Assembly: GCA_002104905.1 (NCBI GenBank)
Contig: MCFE01000434.1
Location: forward strand, 11,714-75,713
From: Basidiobolus meristosporus CBS 931.73
Taxonomy: Eukaryota > Fungi > Basidiobolomycota
Direction: 5' to 3'
DNA: 64,000 nt
Numbering within the stretch: the first letter of the stretch is position 1; each line of letters starts with the position of its first letter. This document shows positions 1 through 13,284 of the stretch, in pieces. The notes beneath the pieces were generated by a model that saw nothing but the letters and a program-made list of their open reading frames with translations, was not told the DNA's origin and searched no databases. Position numbers and translations under genes: made by a program.

Positions 1-1
1 T

Positions 2-250
2 CGTGCCTACCACAATGCAGCCCAGAATGCTGGTGTTGATAACAAGCGGGCTGCCTTGAAGTGGTTCGGACTAGACTTATTGAAGGGGGAAATCCGAGAC
101 AATCGTAGAGCTGGAGTCTTGGAGCCTGGAATGTCCAAAATCAAATCCCTCAAGGCAGCCACTGAGGCAGCCATTGCGATCTTGCGTATTGATGACATGA
201 TTAAAGTGATTCCTGAGCAAAGAGAGCAACAAGACCCACACGCACATTAA
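2..250 (+). CDS. CCT1: T-complex protein 1 alpha (CCT chaperonin), 3' end only
   Basis: Frame from nt 2 reads RAYHNAAQ..LKWFGLDL..DNRRAGVLEPGMSKIKSLKAATEAAIAILRIDDMIK, the conserved TCP1-alpha C-terminus. Stop TAA at 248-250. Confidence 0.93.
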   Translation, partial: RAYHNAAQNAGVDNKRAALKWFGLDLLKGEIRDNRRAGVLEPGMSKIKSLKAATEAAIAILRIDDMIKVIPEQREQQDPHAH

Positions 251-454
251 ACAACCCGATCTACTCAGCACTCACTTCATCACCCCCACATAATAAAGAG
301 ATTTTGTCCCTGGATTGTCGTGGCTTTTAATTAGATATAAGTCCGGAGTATTCACAAAGGTTGGTGATCGGAGAATGAAGCAAAAATGGTGGGAGGTCAG
401 CTGGAGAATAGTAGCTAACATTTGATGGTGCATAGCTACACTCAAGATCATTTA

Positions 455-1345
455 TTATGCCTCTTGCTTGGGAGGTTGCTCAGCGGCTAGATTCAACCCT
501 TTGGCGGGGACCAGTCCAACCCCCAGGCCTTGTGGCTTAATCACTGCCCGAGGCCACCACTTGTAACGAAAGATTTTTTGACTGGGTGCGGGATTGATGT
601 GCTCGATGACATGTCTACGAATCAACCCCGTTTGGTCAAAGTTGTAGATGAATACTCCCTCGTATATGGTTCGGGACTGGGTTCCTGAGGGGGAAAGGAA
701 CGTAACCTTAGGGGTACCCTCGAGGGACCAGCGCAATACAAGCTCGACTTCGGAACTTGGCTTTTCAGTGTCAATTTCTTCAACGGACTCTATTGAGCCG
801 GCACGGTGCTGGGTCAATTTGTGTATATCGAAACGCAAGTCCGAGTAATACCAGCGTAAAGACCAGCGTATAGTAGCTGCCAACATCAGATAACTCCATT
901 TCCCTCGGATTTGTAGCCCGGTGTAACGCGGCTCCCACAGCAATATATTCGACGAGTAAATGCTGGTATTATTCAAGCCGAAAATGAAAAAGTTGGGTAG
1001 CTCCTGGCGAAGAGTATCAATAGCTATAGTGAAAAAACCTCCGTTAAGTCTGATAGTTCAAGAATAGTCGACACTTCGGGCTTTCACTAAATAAAGCCAA
1101 ACCCTGTTACAAATACCTTCACCAACATTCATTTCATAGTCACTAGCCCCCTTTGGGCTCTCGGGGGAATCGTTGTTGGAATCATCGGAAGGGCGGTCAC
1201 TTTCTGACTTCTGCGTCGGCATTTGCTGTGTAGCTCTTGAGTAAGAACTGAAGAAGCTTACCGGCAAATATGTCCTTTTAAATACAAAGGAAAGTCGAGA
1301 TAGTTTGGCAGAAGAGGGTAAATTTCTTAATAACAATGAGGGCAT
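455..1345 (-). CDS. DUF2358/C6orf136-like protein, probably mitochondrial; 2 exons (1345-1117, 1023-455)
   Basis: A GT..AG intron at 1116-1024 joins two ORFs into 265 aa: YEMNVGEAIDTLRQELPNFF..IYSSNI..LRWSLEG..YEGVFIYNFD..IRRHVIEHINPAP. The N-terminus is R/S/L-rich and acid-poor, like a presequence. Family assigned from remembered motif similarity. Confidence 0.65.
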
Positions 1346-2652
1346 TGTTGGTAGGTCAACCAACCAGATTAGCTATAGTTGCGGCACAATATATCCCTCG
1401 TAATTCCTTTCGAGTATCTATCTTTTCAACACACAATAATTCGGTTATTGAAAGGTGTGTTTCGAAATATTGATAACACTAAAAGCTTTCTAGGAATCCT
1501 CTTGAACAACGTATGTTGAATATTTTAGATTATATACGAGTCAAATATTTGGCATAATACACCTTGTTACTTTACTACGGAAATAGATCAATCACTCATG
1601 ACGTTTTGATGATCGTTAAACTATTCGTCACATGAAAGGTAGAAGCACGCTAATCAATGGCAGTCCTCAAAATCAGAGGGCTCGGCTCTAGCCTCCAGGA
1701 ATACTGTCCTGGGCCGCCCCAAAAAAACCAACCCTACTTATCCAATGTTGGGTAAATGAGGCTTCCGCATTAAGCACTCTGACTAAGGTTAAGAGGACAA
1801 TATCAATATATCCTGGATCCACTTAATCTATAGCAATCCATATGCATATATACACTGACGTTGATGCCGCAGTGAGCAAACTATTGAGTCTCTTAGCAGC
1901 ATCACACCATTCTTATCAATAAATTCCAGGGAAAACTCAAGCTTGAAGGTATCTGTCGCAACAAACAGACATTCTCAAATATCGACCTCTTGGCAATATT
2001 AACGCATAGTAACCTTATTATTGGACCCGCCATCTTGTGTAATTACCATGTTAATCTATAAACTGTCATCATTAAAATATGCCAATTCCAACGCGAGATA
2101 AATAACTAATCAAGTCGAGTTGCCAAGCTCAGTACAGAAAATATATAGATCTAATCACCGGCCTCATTTTAAAGATTCATTGATGTTGAATCTATAAACA
2201 TTCAACGTTACCGCGCGTATAGGTGTATTCTATTTGGACCAATCATCACCTATTAAGAGCTCCGCTCACCTGGCAAAATTGGGGAGACGGCGAGTTTGCA
2301 CTTGGTTGCTCAGTTGACTTCTTTTCCAACCTGGTCCCTACCGATTGACAGTCTTCTTATTTGCTAAAGCAACAGTCAACATCTATATATTATTCGGTTT
2401 TGTTGAAGATACTATTCTTTAGCCATATTCATCCGGCATTTACCTGGAGAACGCCAACGACAAATATATAATACAAACCTTGGTTTTTCTTACGAACCAC
2501 TAAATATCCTTATCGAGCTCTGTGGACAGTTTGTTTGACATTGTCACCTCCTTTTTCACATACCTTTCAGGTAGCTATTGAACATTCTGTTTGTGCGACG
2601 AAACACACCAACTAATCAAACCTCCATTCCGTTTGCCTACAGTAAACACTCC

Positions 2653-3419
<767 letters not shown>

Positions 3420-4915
3420 TAGTCAGAAATATCCGCCCTCTCGTTATCACAATTTCTAGCTTAAATGGACCTTCATCCATTGAACCCTCCCTTTTTCGTA
3501 TACGACCTCTTCTAAGCCATCCCACTTTGTTTGCTGAACTGCAGTCCTTGACGCTATTTTGACAGTTTTCTCTATACGCACGCACGGCTCCGCTTATTAT
3601 CCTAAACTCTTACTTCACTTCGTTTTGCTTATTTGCCACATCCTCAACTGCCCAAATTATTTAAGAGGCAGATTCTTCACCCTCATTCAATGGTTACTTC
3701 AGTTGCTAGATAAGACATGTTAAGTAAATGGAAATTTTGTGGTTCATCCATGCTAATTTCGGAATACTATGGACTGGAATAATGCGTGCCGAAGTGATTG
3801 GCTCTGAAACTCATTACGAAAACAAAGATCGGAGTATACAACCAGCTGGACGAATCATGAATTGCGAAGAAAAAGGCCTCTAAAGATATCTCCGTACATC
3901 ACAACAAATGTCATGCCCGTGCTTCAAATGGCCATGAGGCTACCTATTCTGTAATTGCAAACATCAGCCTCGCCACATCTACACCAGTTGTTGGCTTACA
4001 ACCATTGCATACATATTCTCATCAAATCGTCATCTCGATAGTTTCGAGGTAATTCCTGTTAAATCCGGTGTTTTCTCAAGTCAAGAGCCGTCCCCAATGG
4101 AAACTAGAGGAATGTTCCAATCCATGTAGCCAGGTAGACTTACATACTTTGTGCATCAAATGGGATAAAGTTAACCATGTTAGCCTTAGGCTGGTCTGAA
4201 ACACTATAGTACATGTTATATGCAGCACAAAAGGGGACCGCTTCAATGCTTCCCTCAACAACAATGTCCAATTTGGTCATTGACATCAACATATCGTATT
4301 TCTACATTTTTAAACGTTGATTCCATACAATCATTCCGGATTATCGGTTGGTCCAAATTTCTCCTTTTTTTTGGTTGGAAATTATCCTGATTCGACGGGA
4401 TTCCTTAGTAATCACTGAGTTTCCGGGTATTTTGTGGGATCTTCTCGCTGAGCCATAGGATAGCCTTATCGCATCCTTTTTTAGTCAATTTTTGCTTTTT
4501 AATTCTATATTTCTTCTCCCTCTCAATTTGTTGTCTTTAGCGAATAGATAATTGCCTCTGTTGGAACGTATCTTCCTCTTTTGCTCAACAAGCTGCCTGA
4601 TTCTCGATTGTATTTATCGTTTTTACCAGAAGCCTCCTCTTCTGAGTCCATCGAACACAGACCAGTATCTCCAAAGTCTCTGTGCAAACTCGGTACGTAA
4701 CCTGTGAAGTTTTTTATAGTGGTCTGGTCCTTCCATCGGTGTACAACATACTGATGCACTTCTCTCTTATCTTCAGATAATATCAGTTTCAGCTCTTGTT
4801 TTGATTGAAGTTGCCACTTCCTCTCAACCAGCCCGCTAATACATAACTTCTACGCACTCAAAAGATAATAGTAATCTTTGCTCTCCCCTTTTTGTCCAAT
4901 TTACCATTCAGCTAG

Positions 4916-7087
4916 ATGGAGACATATATACCTCGACCTCACGACGACGACGACGACGATGACGATAGCCCCAAGGTGGTAGACCGAGATCCCACCGGCC
5001 GCTTTGAGAGATATGAAGAATCTTTGGGTATCGGCGGGTACAAAGAAGTGTACAAAGGGTTTGACCAGGAAGAAGGGGTGGAGGTTGCATGGAATCAACT
5101 GAGAATAGATCACTTGGGTAAAAAAGATGCGCAAAAGATCGTATACGAGGTGGAGATCTTGAAGACCCTTCGCCACGAAAACATCATCAACCTGTTTCAT
5201 ACATGGACCGCCAAAGGTCCAGACAACAGGAACAGAGTGTATTTCATCACGGAGTTGATGACTTCCGGAACCTTGAAGCAGTACATCAGACGAACAAAGT
5301 GCCAGCTCAAGCCCCGTGTGCTTAAGAGTTGGTGCCGGCAAATCCTTCGCGGATTGAATTATCTGCATACCAAGGATCCTCCCATCATCCATCGTGATCT
5401 GAAGTGTGACAATATTTTCATCAACGGAAACAACGGTCAGGCGAAGATAGGTGACCTGGGACTAGCCACATTCATGCGCAAGCAGCATGTGTCCTCAGTG
5501 CTCGGTACTCCAGAATTCATGGCTCCCGAGCTCTACGACGAACATTACGATGAGAGAGCGGACATCTATGCTTTTGGCATGTGCGTCTTGGAGATGCTGA
5601 CGCGTGAATATCCGTATAGTGAGTGTCAAAACCCTGCGCAGATCTATCGGAAAGTCACCCAGGGCATCAGGCCAGCATCACTCCAGCGTATCACCGACCC
5701 AGATATACTTCAGTTTATAGAGCTATGTATCCAATATGATCCAAATCGTCGCCCATCGGCTGCCCAGCTGTTGTGCCATCCGTTCCTCGCGTTGGATAGT
5801 GGTACTGGCCCCGAAAGTGTCTATTCATCCTCCTTCGGCTCTAGCGTCTCATTGCCTGCTGAGTCCATTCCCCAATCTACAACCAGCTCTCAACGCTCAA
5901 CTGATACATGGATCAGTGATAAGGAATCCGCTACATACCCAGCATTAGCACATTTACGACTGTCTAATGGGTCCAACTATCTAGGCGAATCAAAGGAGCC
6001 TTTGGTCCCTGCTTACCCAACCGAGGAGCCCCCTCACCCTCCCAATTTCGCCTCCCCAAGTCGCCCTACTGCCAGTGAGAATCAGGACGCATTTCGCGTA
6101 ACGCAGACATCTCCCAAGCCGTCGTCGGTCAACCATTGTGATGTAGAAATCATACAAAACAGTGGGGATGGCGAGGTGATATTGCGCATGACCTGTGCCG
6201 TGCCAGGCTCTGATCCTCAAACAGTGAAGTTCCCACTCAACCTGAAGGAAGACACGCCAGAGTCGGTGGTCAGCGAGATGGTCAGGGAGGAGCTATTGAG
6301 CGAAGAGTATAAAATATTGGCGGAAAAAAACATCGGGAAAGCCATTAGATTGGCTTGTCAGAAGAAAACTGCCAACACCGAGCTCAACATGCTAGAGCAC
6401 CCAGCGGTGGTCCGGCCCGTGGGTACCCTCCATTCAAGCATGCAGGAGTATTTCCAGAACCATCGACGGGACGGCTCATCACTCAGCTTTAGCTCCTACA
6501 CCAGCTCGGAATCCTCATACTTGGACCATAACCCAGATATGTCCGAACGAGTCGATGTGGTGGAGAGAATTGGTAGGCCCAACTCCATGGGTTCACGCAG
6601 AGCTGGCATTCAACCGATCTTTGATCCAGCTGACCCATTCGTTTCCACTGCTGATTATGAGCCGCTGAGAAGAGCCAAGTCGGCTGGACCCCGTACCACC
6701 TCGCGTGAGTCGCCACAGAAGCTGCCCCCTTCGATCTTTGGATTGTACGATTCCATTGATGCACGATCCACGGTCCGCCCAAAATCCAACAGGGAGCTTC
6801 ATCTGGCAGCCCCCAGGGCAGTCCTGCCTTCGGACTCGGAGCACTCACAACATCGCGGGAGTCGCCATCGTCGAAGCTTGTCCAACCCACCTCGTGTGAT
6901 CCCACCCAATGTTTCAACACAGCCTACACAGCAACAGCGTACTGAAGCTGGGGCTTCATCGATGCCCTCCGGGGAAATGTATTATAACCAGTATGAAACA
7001 TCTAATGATGGCGACGAAGCATTCCAGCAACGACACTACTTGAGGGCTGGCACCTCTCTGCCACCTTACCCAATCGGCAGAACGTAA
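4916..7087 (+). CDS. WNK: WNK (with-no-lysine) family Ser/Thr kinase, 723 aa, intronless
   Basis: GIGGYKEVYKG (Lys in subdomain I), VAWNQL (no subdomain II Lys), IIHRDLKCDNIFING, KIGDLGLA, SVLGTPEFMAPELY, YPYSEC. A CCT/OSR1-C-like module follows (VILRM..VKFPLNLKEDTPESVVSEM). Confidence 0.93.
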   Translation: METYIPRPHDDDDDDDDSPKVVDRDPTGRFERYEESLGIGGYKEVYKGFDQEEGVEVAWNQLRIDHLGKKDAQKIVYEVEILKTLRHENIINLFHTWTAKGPDNRNRVYFITELMTSGTLKQYIRRTKCQLKPRVLKSWCRQILRGLNYLHTKDPPIIHRDLKCDNIFINGNNGQAKIGDLGLATFMRKQHVSSVLGTPEFMAPELYDEHYDERADIYAFGMCVLEMLTREYPYSECQNPAQIYRKVTQGIRPASLQRITDPDILQFIELCIQYDPNRRPSAAQLLCHPFLALDSGTGPESVYSSSFGSSVSLPAESIPQSTTSSQRSTDTWISDKESATYPALAHLRLSNGSNYLGESKEPLVPAYPTEEPPHPPNFASPSRPTASENQDAFRVTQTSPKPSSVNHCDVEIIQNSGDGEVILRMTCAVPGSDPQTVKFPLNLKEDTPESVVSEMVREELLSEEYKILAEKNIGKAIRLACQKKTANTELNMLEHPAVVRPVGTLHSSMQEYFQNHRRDGSSLSFSSYTSSESSYLDHNPDMSERVDVVERIGRPNSMGSRRAGIQPIFDPADPFVSTADYEPLRRAKSAGPRTTSRESPQKLPPSIFGLYDSIDARSTVRPKSNRELHLAAPRAVLPSDSEHSQHRGSRHRRSLSNPPRVIPPNVSTQPTQQQRTEAGASSMPSGEMYYNQYETSNDGDEAFQQRHYLRAGTSLPPYPIGRT

Positions 7088-7400
7088 TATTTCTCCCCAT
7101 CGCCACTCACACCAACACCATCATAATCACTGCCTACCCCCCTCACTTCCCACCTCACTCGCCTTTCCACATCGCTATGGCTTACCTTTCAAACGTCGCC
7201 CCACCGCTTTATCTAGACTGCACCGAAAGAGAGTCCTCTCCCATTAGTATATGTTTACCTTCCATTATCCCATTCGATAAAATCCACTATGTAATTTAAC
7301 CAAGTGTGAACGGACCTCACTTGCTTACAAGGTATTGGTTTATTAAAATTACATTGGGGGTAGTTGGTTGTGTGTGGATGCTCGCCATGGCTGGAGTTGC

Positions 7401-7536
7401 TCAGGTCTTGAGCAGCCCAAGGATCTCGTTCATCAGTGGCCCGAGTAGCTTCGGGATGTACTGCAGCTTGGGGTATGGCACCGATGGCTCCGTCACCTGG
7501 GCGTGGCGGTGTTTGTAGTTGGGGTTTTGCTTGGTT

Positions 7537-7577
<41 letters not shown>

Positions 7578-10500
7578 CTCGTCTTCTGACAACTGAACCT
7601 CCATCAAATCTCCCAGCGAGATGTCCACTCCCGAGAAGCTGTTCATCTGAACATCGGGCTGGATCTCCAGGTGACTCAATTCCCCAAGGGCCTCCGCATC
7701 CTGCAGGTAGCGCAGATCTTCCGGGAGTTCATTCAGCCCGGACACCTTCATCAGCCGCTGCAAGATATCCGGTGGGACGGTCGTCAAGACCTGCTCCATC
7801 TCCTCGCCTCCCAGTTCGAGCCCTAGATTTGAGATCATCTTCTTGCGGAGTCGTCGGAAGTGTCTTAGGTTCTCTCGGAAGGTGAACTCCTTCAGCTTGT
7901 CCAGATCTTCGGCGAGCCCCTCACGGAATTCCTCGGTTCTGGAGAACTCCTCCCGGAGGAGGACTTTCTCCATATCCAGCGGTTCCCGGAGCACCCCCTC
8001 TCGCAAACAGCTCATCATCGATTCGAACCAACCGATCAGTTTCTGGAACAGGCCGTCGTGGCTGTTGGCGTAGAGCAGATGTACGAACCGATAGAAAACG
8101 ACTTCATACTCCTTCACCAGGTCCGTGAACGACTTGAGGGAGTCAAGCGGGGTAATGCCTGGACGATTTGGGACGACGGGTTAGTTTCCGCTGGACACGG
8201 TGAAGTAAAGCAAACTGATTGGGTTACCTTGGTCAATATCGTTGGCTTCGATCACTTGGATCAGTTTGTCAATAAAGTCTCGGGTATCGATCACGAAGTC
8301 GCTGATGTTCGCATCCTAATAATAGGTGAAGATTAGCCAAGCGCGCGATGTGTGTGTGTGTGTGTAGTTGTTCGCAAACCTTGTAGATCTGTGCCAAGGG
8401 TTGATAGAAGATCGAGAGGATGTCTTTCAGCAGTTCACCAGTGATTCCCTGGGTCCAACATAGCCAAGTTAGACTTCGGGAGCAGACGAGCGCGCCACAA
8501 CACACATACCTCAAATATCAGGTCCATCGTGAGCTCAGTGTTTCGGACTTGGGTGCTCAAGAACAGGAACTTGTGTAGATTCTTGAGCATGATCTCGGAG
8601 TCGTTGAATCCTTGAACCGGCTCGGTGGCTTCTAGAAGTTCTCTGGAGCGGTTGTTGGTCTCCAGGCGCTCCTTGGCGCTCCATAGTTTCATCAAAAGAA
8701 GCGGGTTCACCTCGGCCGGTTCGATTGTATCGTCCCGAACGATACGGAAGAGCTTATCCAAATCTGACATGTCTGAAGAGAATGGTTAGTCTGGTTGAAG
8801 GATCGGTGAAGTGTCAAGTGAGAGGTACCGGTCTCATCGTCATACGGCTGCTTCTTTGAAGAGTATACGTAGTTGTGTATTCTATCACACAGGCTATTTT
8901 CTTTGATGTGCGCCCTAAGATCTTCGATGACTTTCTTTTTTTTCTTCAATGAATCGCTCAGATTCGAGCTGACGACACTAGAGGCACATCCGGGGATTAG
9001 TAACCATTCGATATTCTAGGGAAAGTTATAGGCTCGGCTACCGTTGAAGGATACTCGGATGGCCAAATGGCTGGGCTAGGAAGAGGTCCAGCACCGCTTT
9101 CATCATAGCGGTCGGGTTTGAAATCATCAGAATCCCTTTGAGCGCTCGATAGGGAATCATGGCATGGGCCTGACGTAGTTGTTGGAAGTGGATTACGGCA
9201 GACTCCTCCGCACAGAAGATACGGAAGAAAGTCGAGGCAAGGCTGGGGAGGAAGACCGAGTCAATAATGCGTCCCTGGTGGACCTGGGAGAGCTCAGTTC
9301 ACTTACTTGATTCTGGCCAATTCAATCATTTTTCGATAGTTGGCCGGGAGCTGCTCGATATCCGAGATCTCTTCCAGCGCATTCGCCAACTTGTTCAGCC
9401 CGCCTGCATAACCAGAAGCAGTTAGAAACTCGGTCACTTATCAGGGCCAAGTGGGCTTCTCTACCTGGTTCGGAGATCTCTTGGAAAAACGAGTCGGTGA
9501 TTTCTCTTAATTCCTCCGCTTGCTGTTCAGCAACCTTGAGGAATTTCGAATGCTCCTCTGCCCTGGCCCTGACTGTATCCGCTCTCAGCTCAGCGTTTTG
9601 GATCTCCTCAGGGGTCATCTCGATCGGGGATTCGGTAAGGAAGTCTCTGGTGTGCGAGCTGGAGGCGACCGCTTCGTTGCGCAGTAGCTTTCTCAGATAC
9701 GCCTGCAAGGCTAGCCGATCTTTTTCGCAATAGAGGGCGGCGCCTGGCTGTGCCTTAAAACGGTGGGGCGGTCCAGCAAAGTCTTGCCCTGGCAGTTCCC
9801 TACTGATCTAACGAACGAAGTAAGCATTGGGACAGCCCGCGCAAGACATGGCCGTTGGTCTACCTTCTCGTAGAGCCGCTTGATCTGTGAGTAACGTCGA
9901 CTGACGAGGAACACCTCATCAGATTTCATGAAGTGGGCTCTTATGACGAATTCCTGGGAGGACTGGTGAATAATGCGATACCAAACAAACGGTTGTGTGG
10001 ATGTAGATGGCAATTACCGAGCGTTCCTTGTCCCGCAGATACCCTTGCTCCACGATCTTTCTTACAGTCAGGATCTGAAGGTGGATATGGTGGGATTGGG
10101 CGTCTTTGATGCGCTGCGCTTTTCTCGGCCGGATCTTCACATCTTGGCGGTCCTCGCCCTCCTTGGCATCCTCCAACCTACCATGGGTGGTGACTCCGGT
10201 GTTGAACAAAATGGTCAGCAGCTTCTCCACCCGAATGGAGATTCGCTCCCGCTTGCTTAGCTCCTCCTCGCTGACTGCGTAAGCGCCGAATCTTAACCGA
10301 CTGAACGCGTTCAAGAACTCTTGGATCTTGTGCCAAATGCTTTGGTCGGCCTTCTCCAGAAAGGGAAAGTTCAGCACAAAGTGGTTGAAGGCGTATTGCA
10401 GCAGGGGGGTTTCGAAGGCCAGCTCGGTGTGGTCACTGGTGGTCGAGGCGTTCTCCTCTGCGGAAGGCTCGGGGGTCGGTGGGTTGGAGCGAAACAGCGA

Positions 10501-10831
10501 GGCCAGGTTGAAAAAGCCGCTCTCCGCCGGCTTCACCGGTGGCCGTAATACATTCTGGTCGTAGAACAAGGGTGCTATGGACAGGTGCTCTCTCAGGTCC
10601 AGCATTTCCTTGTGAATCTGCCGGTGGAGCAGATCCTTCTTTATCAGCTCCAGCTCGGTGGTTGTCAACGGGAATTCGGGGGATATCGCAATTCTCGGGG
10701 TGTCAACCGGGCTCGGAGCGGTTGCTGTGGTCGTGTCGGGGTTCTCGGGGGATTTTTCCGGAGTGTCTACATCCAGGGGAAATCAGTGACTCGTTGGGCA
10801 AGAGCATTGACCGAAGGTTCATACCTGACAT
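7401..10831 (-). CDS. PX-domain protein with PX-associated and DUF3818 domains (YPR097W/Lec1-like), about nine exons
   Basis: The exons read KKDLLHRQI, FVLNFPFL, SEEELSKRERISIRVEKLLTILFNTG, the PX core VSRRYSQIKRLY..RLALQAYLRKLL, and the DUF3818 motif VLDLFLAQPFGHPSILQR. The inferred start is a 7-nt first exon (10831-10825) plus a 58-bp intron. Stop TGA at 7403-7401. Confidence 0.8.
7533..7580 (-). repeat. (GAGACC)n coding hexamer microsatellite encoding a Glu-Thr dipeptide run
   Basis: Six perfect GGTCTC units (7539-7574) plus two imperfect flanking units on +. They translate as AETETETETETETET in the PX gene. Confidence 0.95.
8349..8365. repeat. (TG)8 microsatellite in an intron of the PX gene
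   Basis: tgtgtgtgtgtgtgtgt read directly. Confidence 0.9.
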
Positions 10832-11175
10832 GTTTTGGAACGGCCTACTGGGATGGTTGAGAGAAACAAAACTGAACGAAACTGAAATGAACGGCTGCCT
10901 TGTACAGATATAGATTAGAACGGTCAGGCGGGAATACCATCAATGACGAATAAAGGAAATCAGCGGGACTCTCTATGGGTTTGGCAACGAATGGAATTTG
11001 GCAGCTCTATAGTGTGTTTCCTTTCCTGATCACTGAATACAATCATTCACGTCATGGGGAATGAGGTAATCCAAGAAAATTAGTCACCTCGTGTCTAACA
11101 ATGGATTTATTGATGGCTCGTTGGATCTATTTCACTTGTCTACTTCACTATACAGAAAGGTACATTGCATCAAGG

Positions 11176-11972
11176 TCAACTGAGGGTGAGCCGATTTATC
11201 ACGCAATCATGATAAGACGCAGGCCTTGTGTGTGCTGGCTTAACGTAGTATTTCTGGTGATCCAGGGTGCCGGAACATATTGAAACCCTGTTCGAATCAG
11301 TTCGCCGCGAGATAAGCGCCCTCAATCTATCTTTGGCCAGGTTGAGTGGTGTTGGATCAGGGCAGAACGTTTCTCTGGACAAGATAGTTCGGTGAACTTG
11401 TAACACTAGTTTATTCAACTCCGAGGTTGCATTCAGGTGGGATGTGTGATGCTTGCGCTGGAACAAGCTCATCAGCCGATGAGTGTAGGTATGGAATTCC
11501 CGGGATTGGATGTTCAACTCGAAATCAAGCATAAATAGCAATTCGAGCTCCAGGCTATTCAACTCGCGCACGGGGAGTCCGCCTACCTAAATGGAGCTGT
11601 AGTCAATTGAAGAGGCTAGGAGGCTAGGAGGGCTCGTACCTTAGCATAGAGCGAGTTTGGGGAGGACTCGTCGTTGAGGAACTTGTTGGCTACAGTGATC
11701 GAGGTGAGCAGCAATCGATGGATGGTGTAGGAATTGATGTGAAGATGGCTTGTAGATTGTGCAATACGATCCAAGTAAATCAGGGTGATCAGGAGACAGT
11801 TGTTTGTGAAGTGAATTGAGCTTTGGATACGGCGGATATACGATTCGATGGAAATGGCAGGGACAGTGCTCGAGTGAAATGGTGTCACACAACTATCTTC
11901 GCTTCTTGTCAGTTTCGCTCTGAGGTATCCAGCAGCTAACCGGATCATATCTTCGACTGTGATGCTATTCAT
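11176..11972 (-). CDS. PHO80/PCL-family cyclin (Pho85 partner), 247 aa; 2 exons (11972-11640, 11586-11176)
   Basis: PAISIESYIRRI..LLITLIYLDRI..TIHRLLLTSITVANKFLND..YAK|VGGLPVRELNSLELELLFMLDF, with a 53-bp GT-AG intron. Pho80 versus Pcl6/7 orthology cannot be resolved by eye. Confidence 0.88.
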
Positions 11973-12252
11973 ATTTGCACCGATGAGGTGGGTACAGGCC
12001 CATCTTATAAGGAGGCGATGTCGGTAGGCTCAAGCAGGGTCAAAATATACGGAAATTAACCGTTAGAGAAATGCATACAACGCTCATTGTTATATCCGAC
12101 AAATCCAAGTTATTTTCCGTGTTGTGTCTAAACATTTATTCTCTATTAAGAGTGGCTATTGGGGGTAAATTAGAACTTGGCGTTGCTGTGGAGCTACCTA
12201 TCTGAAAATGACTAATATACATTTCTACTGGAGAGTCGAGTGGGACTTGGGC

Positions 12253-13284
12253 TTAGAATACGGCTCCACCATCTACAATAAGGGTTTCATTAGATAGTTC
12301 AGGAACAATCAAGTGACACGAAGAGAATATACCATCATCATCGTCGTATTCATCCCCTTCACCATTATCGAAGTAAGAGTCCACATAGTCGGTTTCTTCC
12401 TCGAAGTCCTCCTCTTCATCGTAGGCCTCCTCGTTATCCTCTCCTTCTGCGCCCTCCTCTTCGTCAGCGTTCTGTTTACCGGCCAAACATGAGTACGAGT
12501 GAATCGCTTCGTTACTAAAGTGTAGCATGGGCCTTACCTTTCCGTCGTCCTGTTCTTCCTTCTCTAAGCTATTAAGAGCCTCCAAATCCACATTAAAGTT
12601 AACCTTCTTGGGTTCTACAGAGGAAAAATTAGACTTGTTACACTCAAGTGGATCTTTGAGTTAAATAAGGGGCCCTCACTCTTGACGGTTTTGGTTTTGT
12701 CGACTGCGGAATGCAATTCTTCAGGGAAGAAGCTGAGATCTACATGCAATATATTTCAGGGAATGGCTTGTATTGTGGTAGGGTTACTGTACTCATTACC
12801 AGCAATTACACTAGACAAATGCTCTTTGGAGGTACTACGATGCTGATAACGGTCGGAATATCTTTCAATATCTGGGTGACGTATGAGCAATAGGATCTAT
12901 CGTTACGAGGCAAACCGGAGTTTACCTTTGGGCGGGGGTGGAAGCTCTAAGTAGAAGGGACTTTCTTTTAGAGATTTTTTGTACTCTCTGAGGAGCTTCA
13001 AAGCCTCCCGTTCCTCGTAGGTGATTGATTTTGGTATGGGGAGATCGATTTCCTGTACACAAACAAAGAGACTTTAGCAAGAAGGTCGCGAAGACGAACC
13101 CCGTTTGGGCTGCCAAGGGGTCTCTTGGGTAACAAAATATTGGTTGGATTCGTACGGGGAAAATCTCCAACGGCTCGGCCGGGAAAAAAACCATCCCTTG
13201 CACTTCGCTCTGTAATCCACTCATCGGAGGTCCGGCCCTTCCGGGGCCTCCACCTCTACCTCTACCACGACCGCCGCGAGACAT
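12253..13284 (-). CDS. RPC31: RNA polymerase III subunit C31 (RPC7/POLR3G), multi-exon
   Basis: The start is RGG-rich (MSRGGRGRGRGG), followed by SPFYL, DIERYSDRY and FFPEELH, with a highly acidic tail ending GGAVF. First intron 13155-13053. Confidence 0.88.

Noticed and set aside
2540-2575. Pyrimidine tract plus CAG upstream of CDC42, a possible 5' UTR intron acceptor
   Set aside because: No confident donor site can be assigned without transcript data.
7436-7885. 149-aa ORF with an RS repeat, like an SR protein
   Set aside because: It is the antisense reading of the ET microsatellite in the PX gene.
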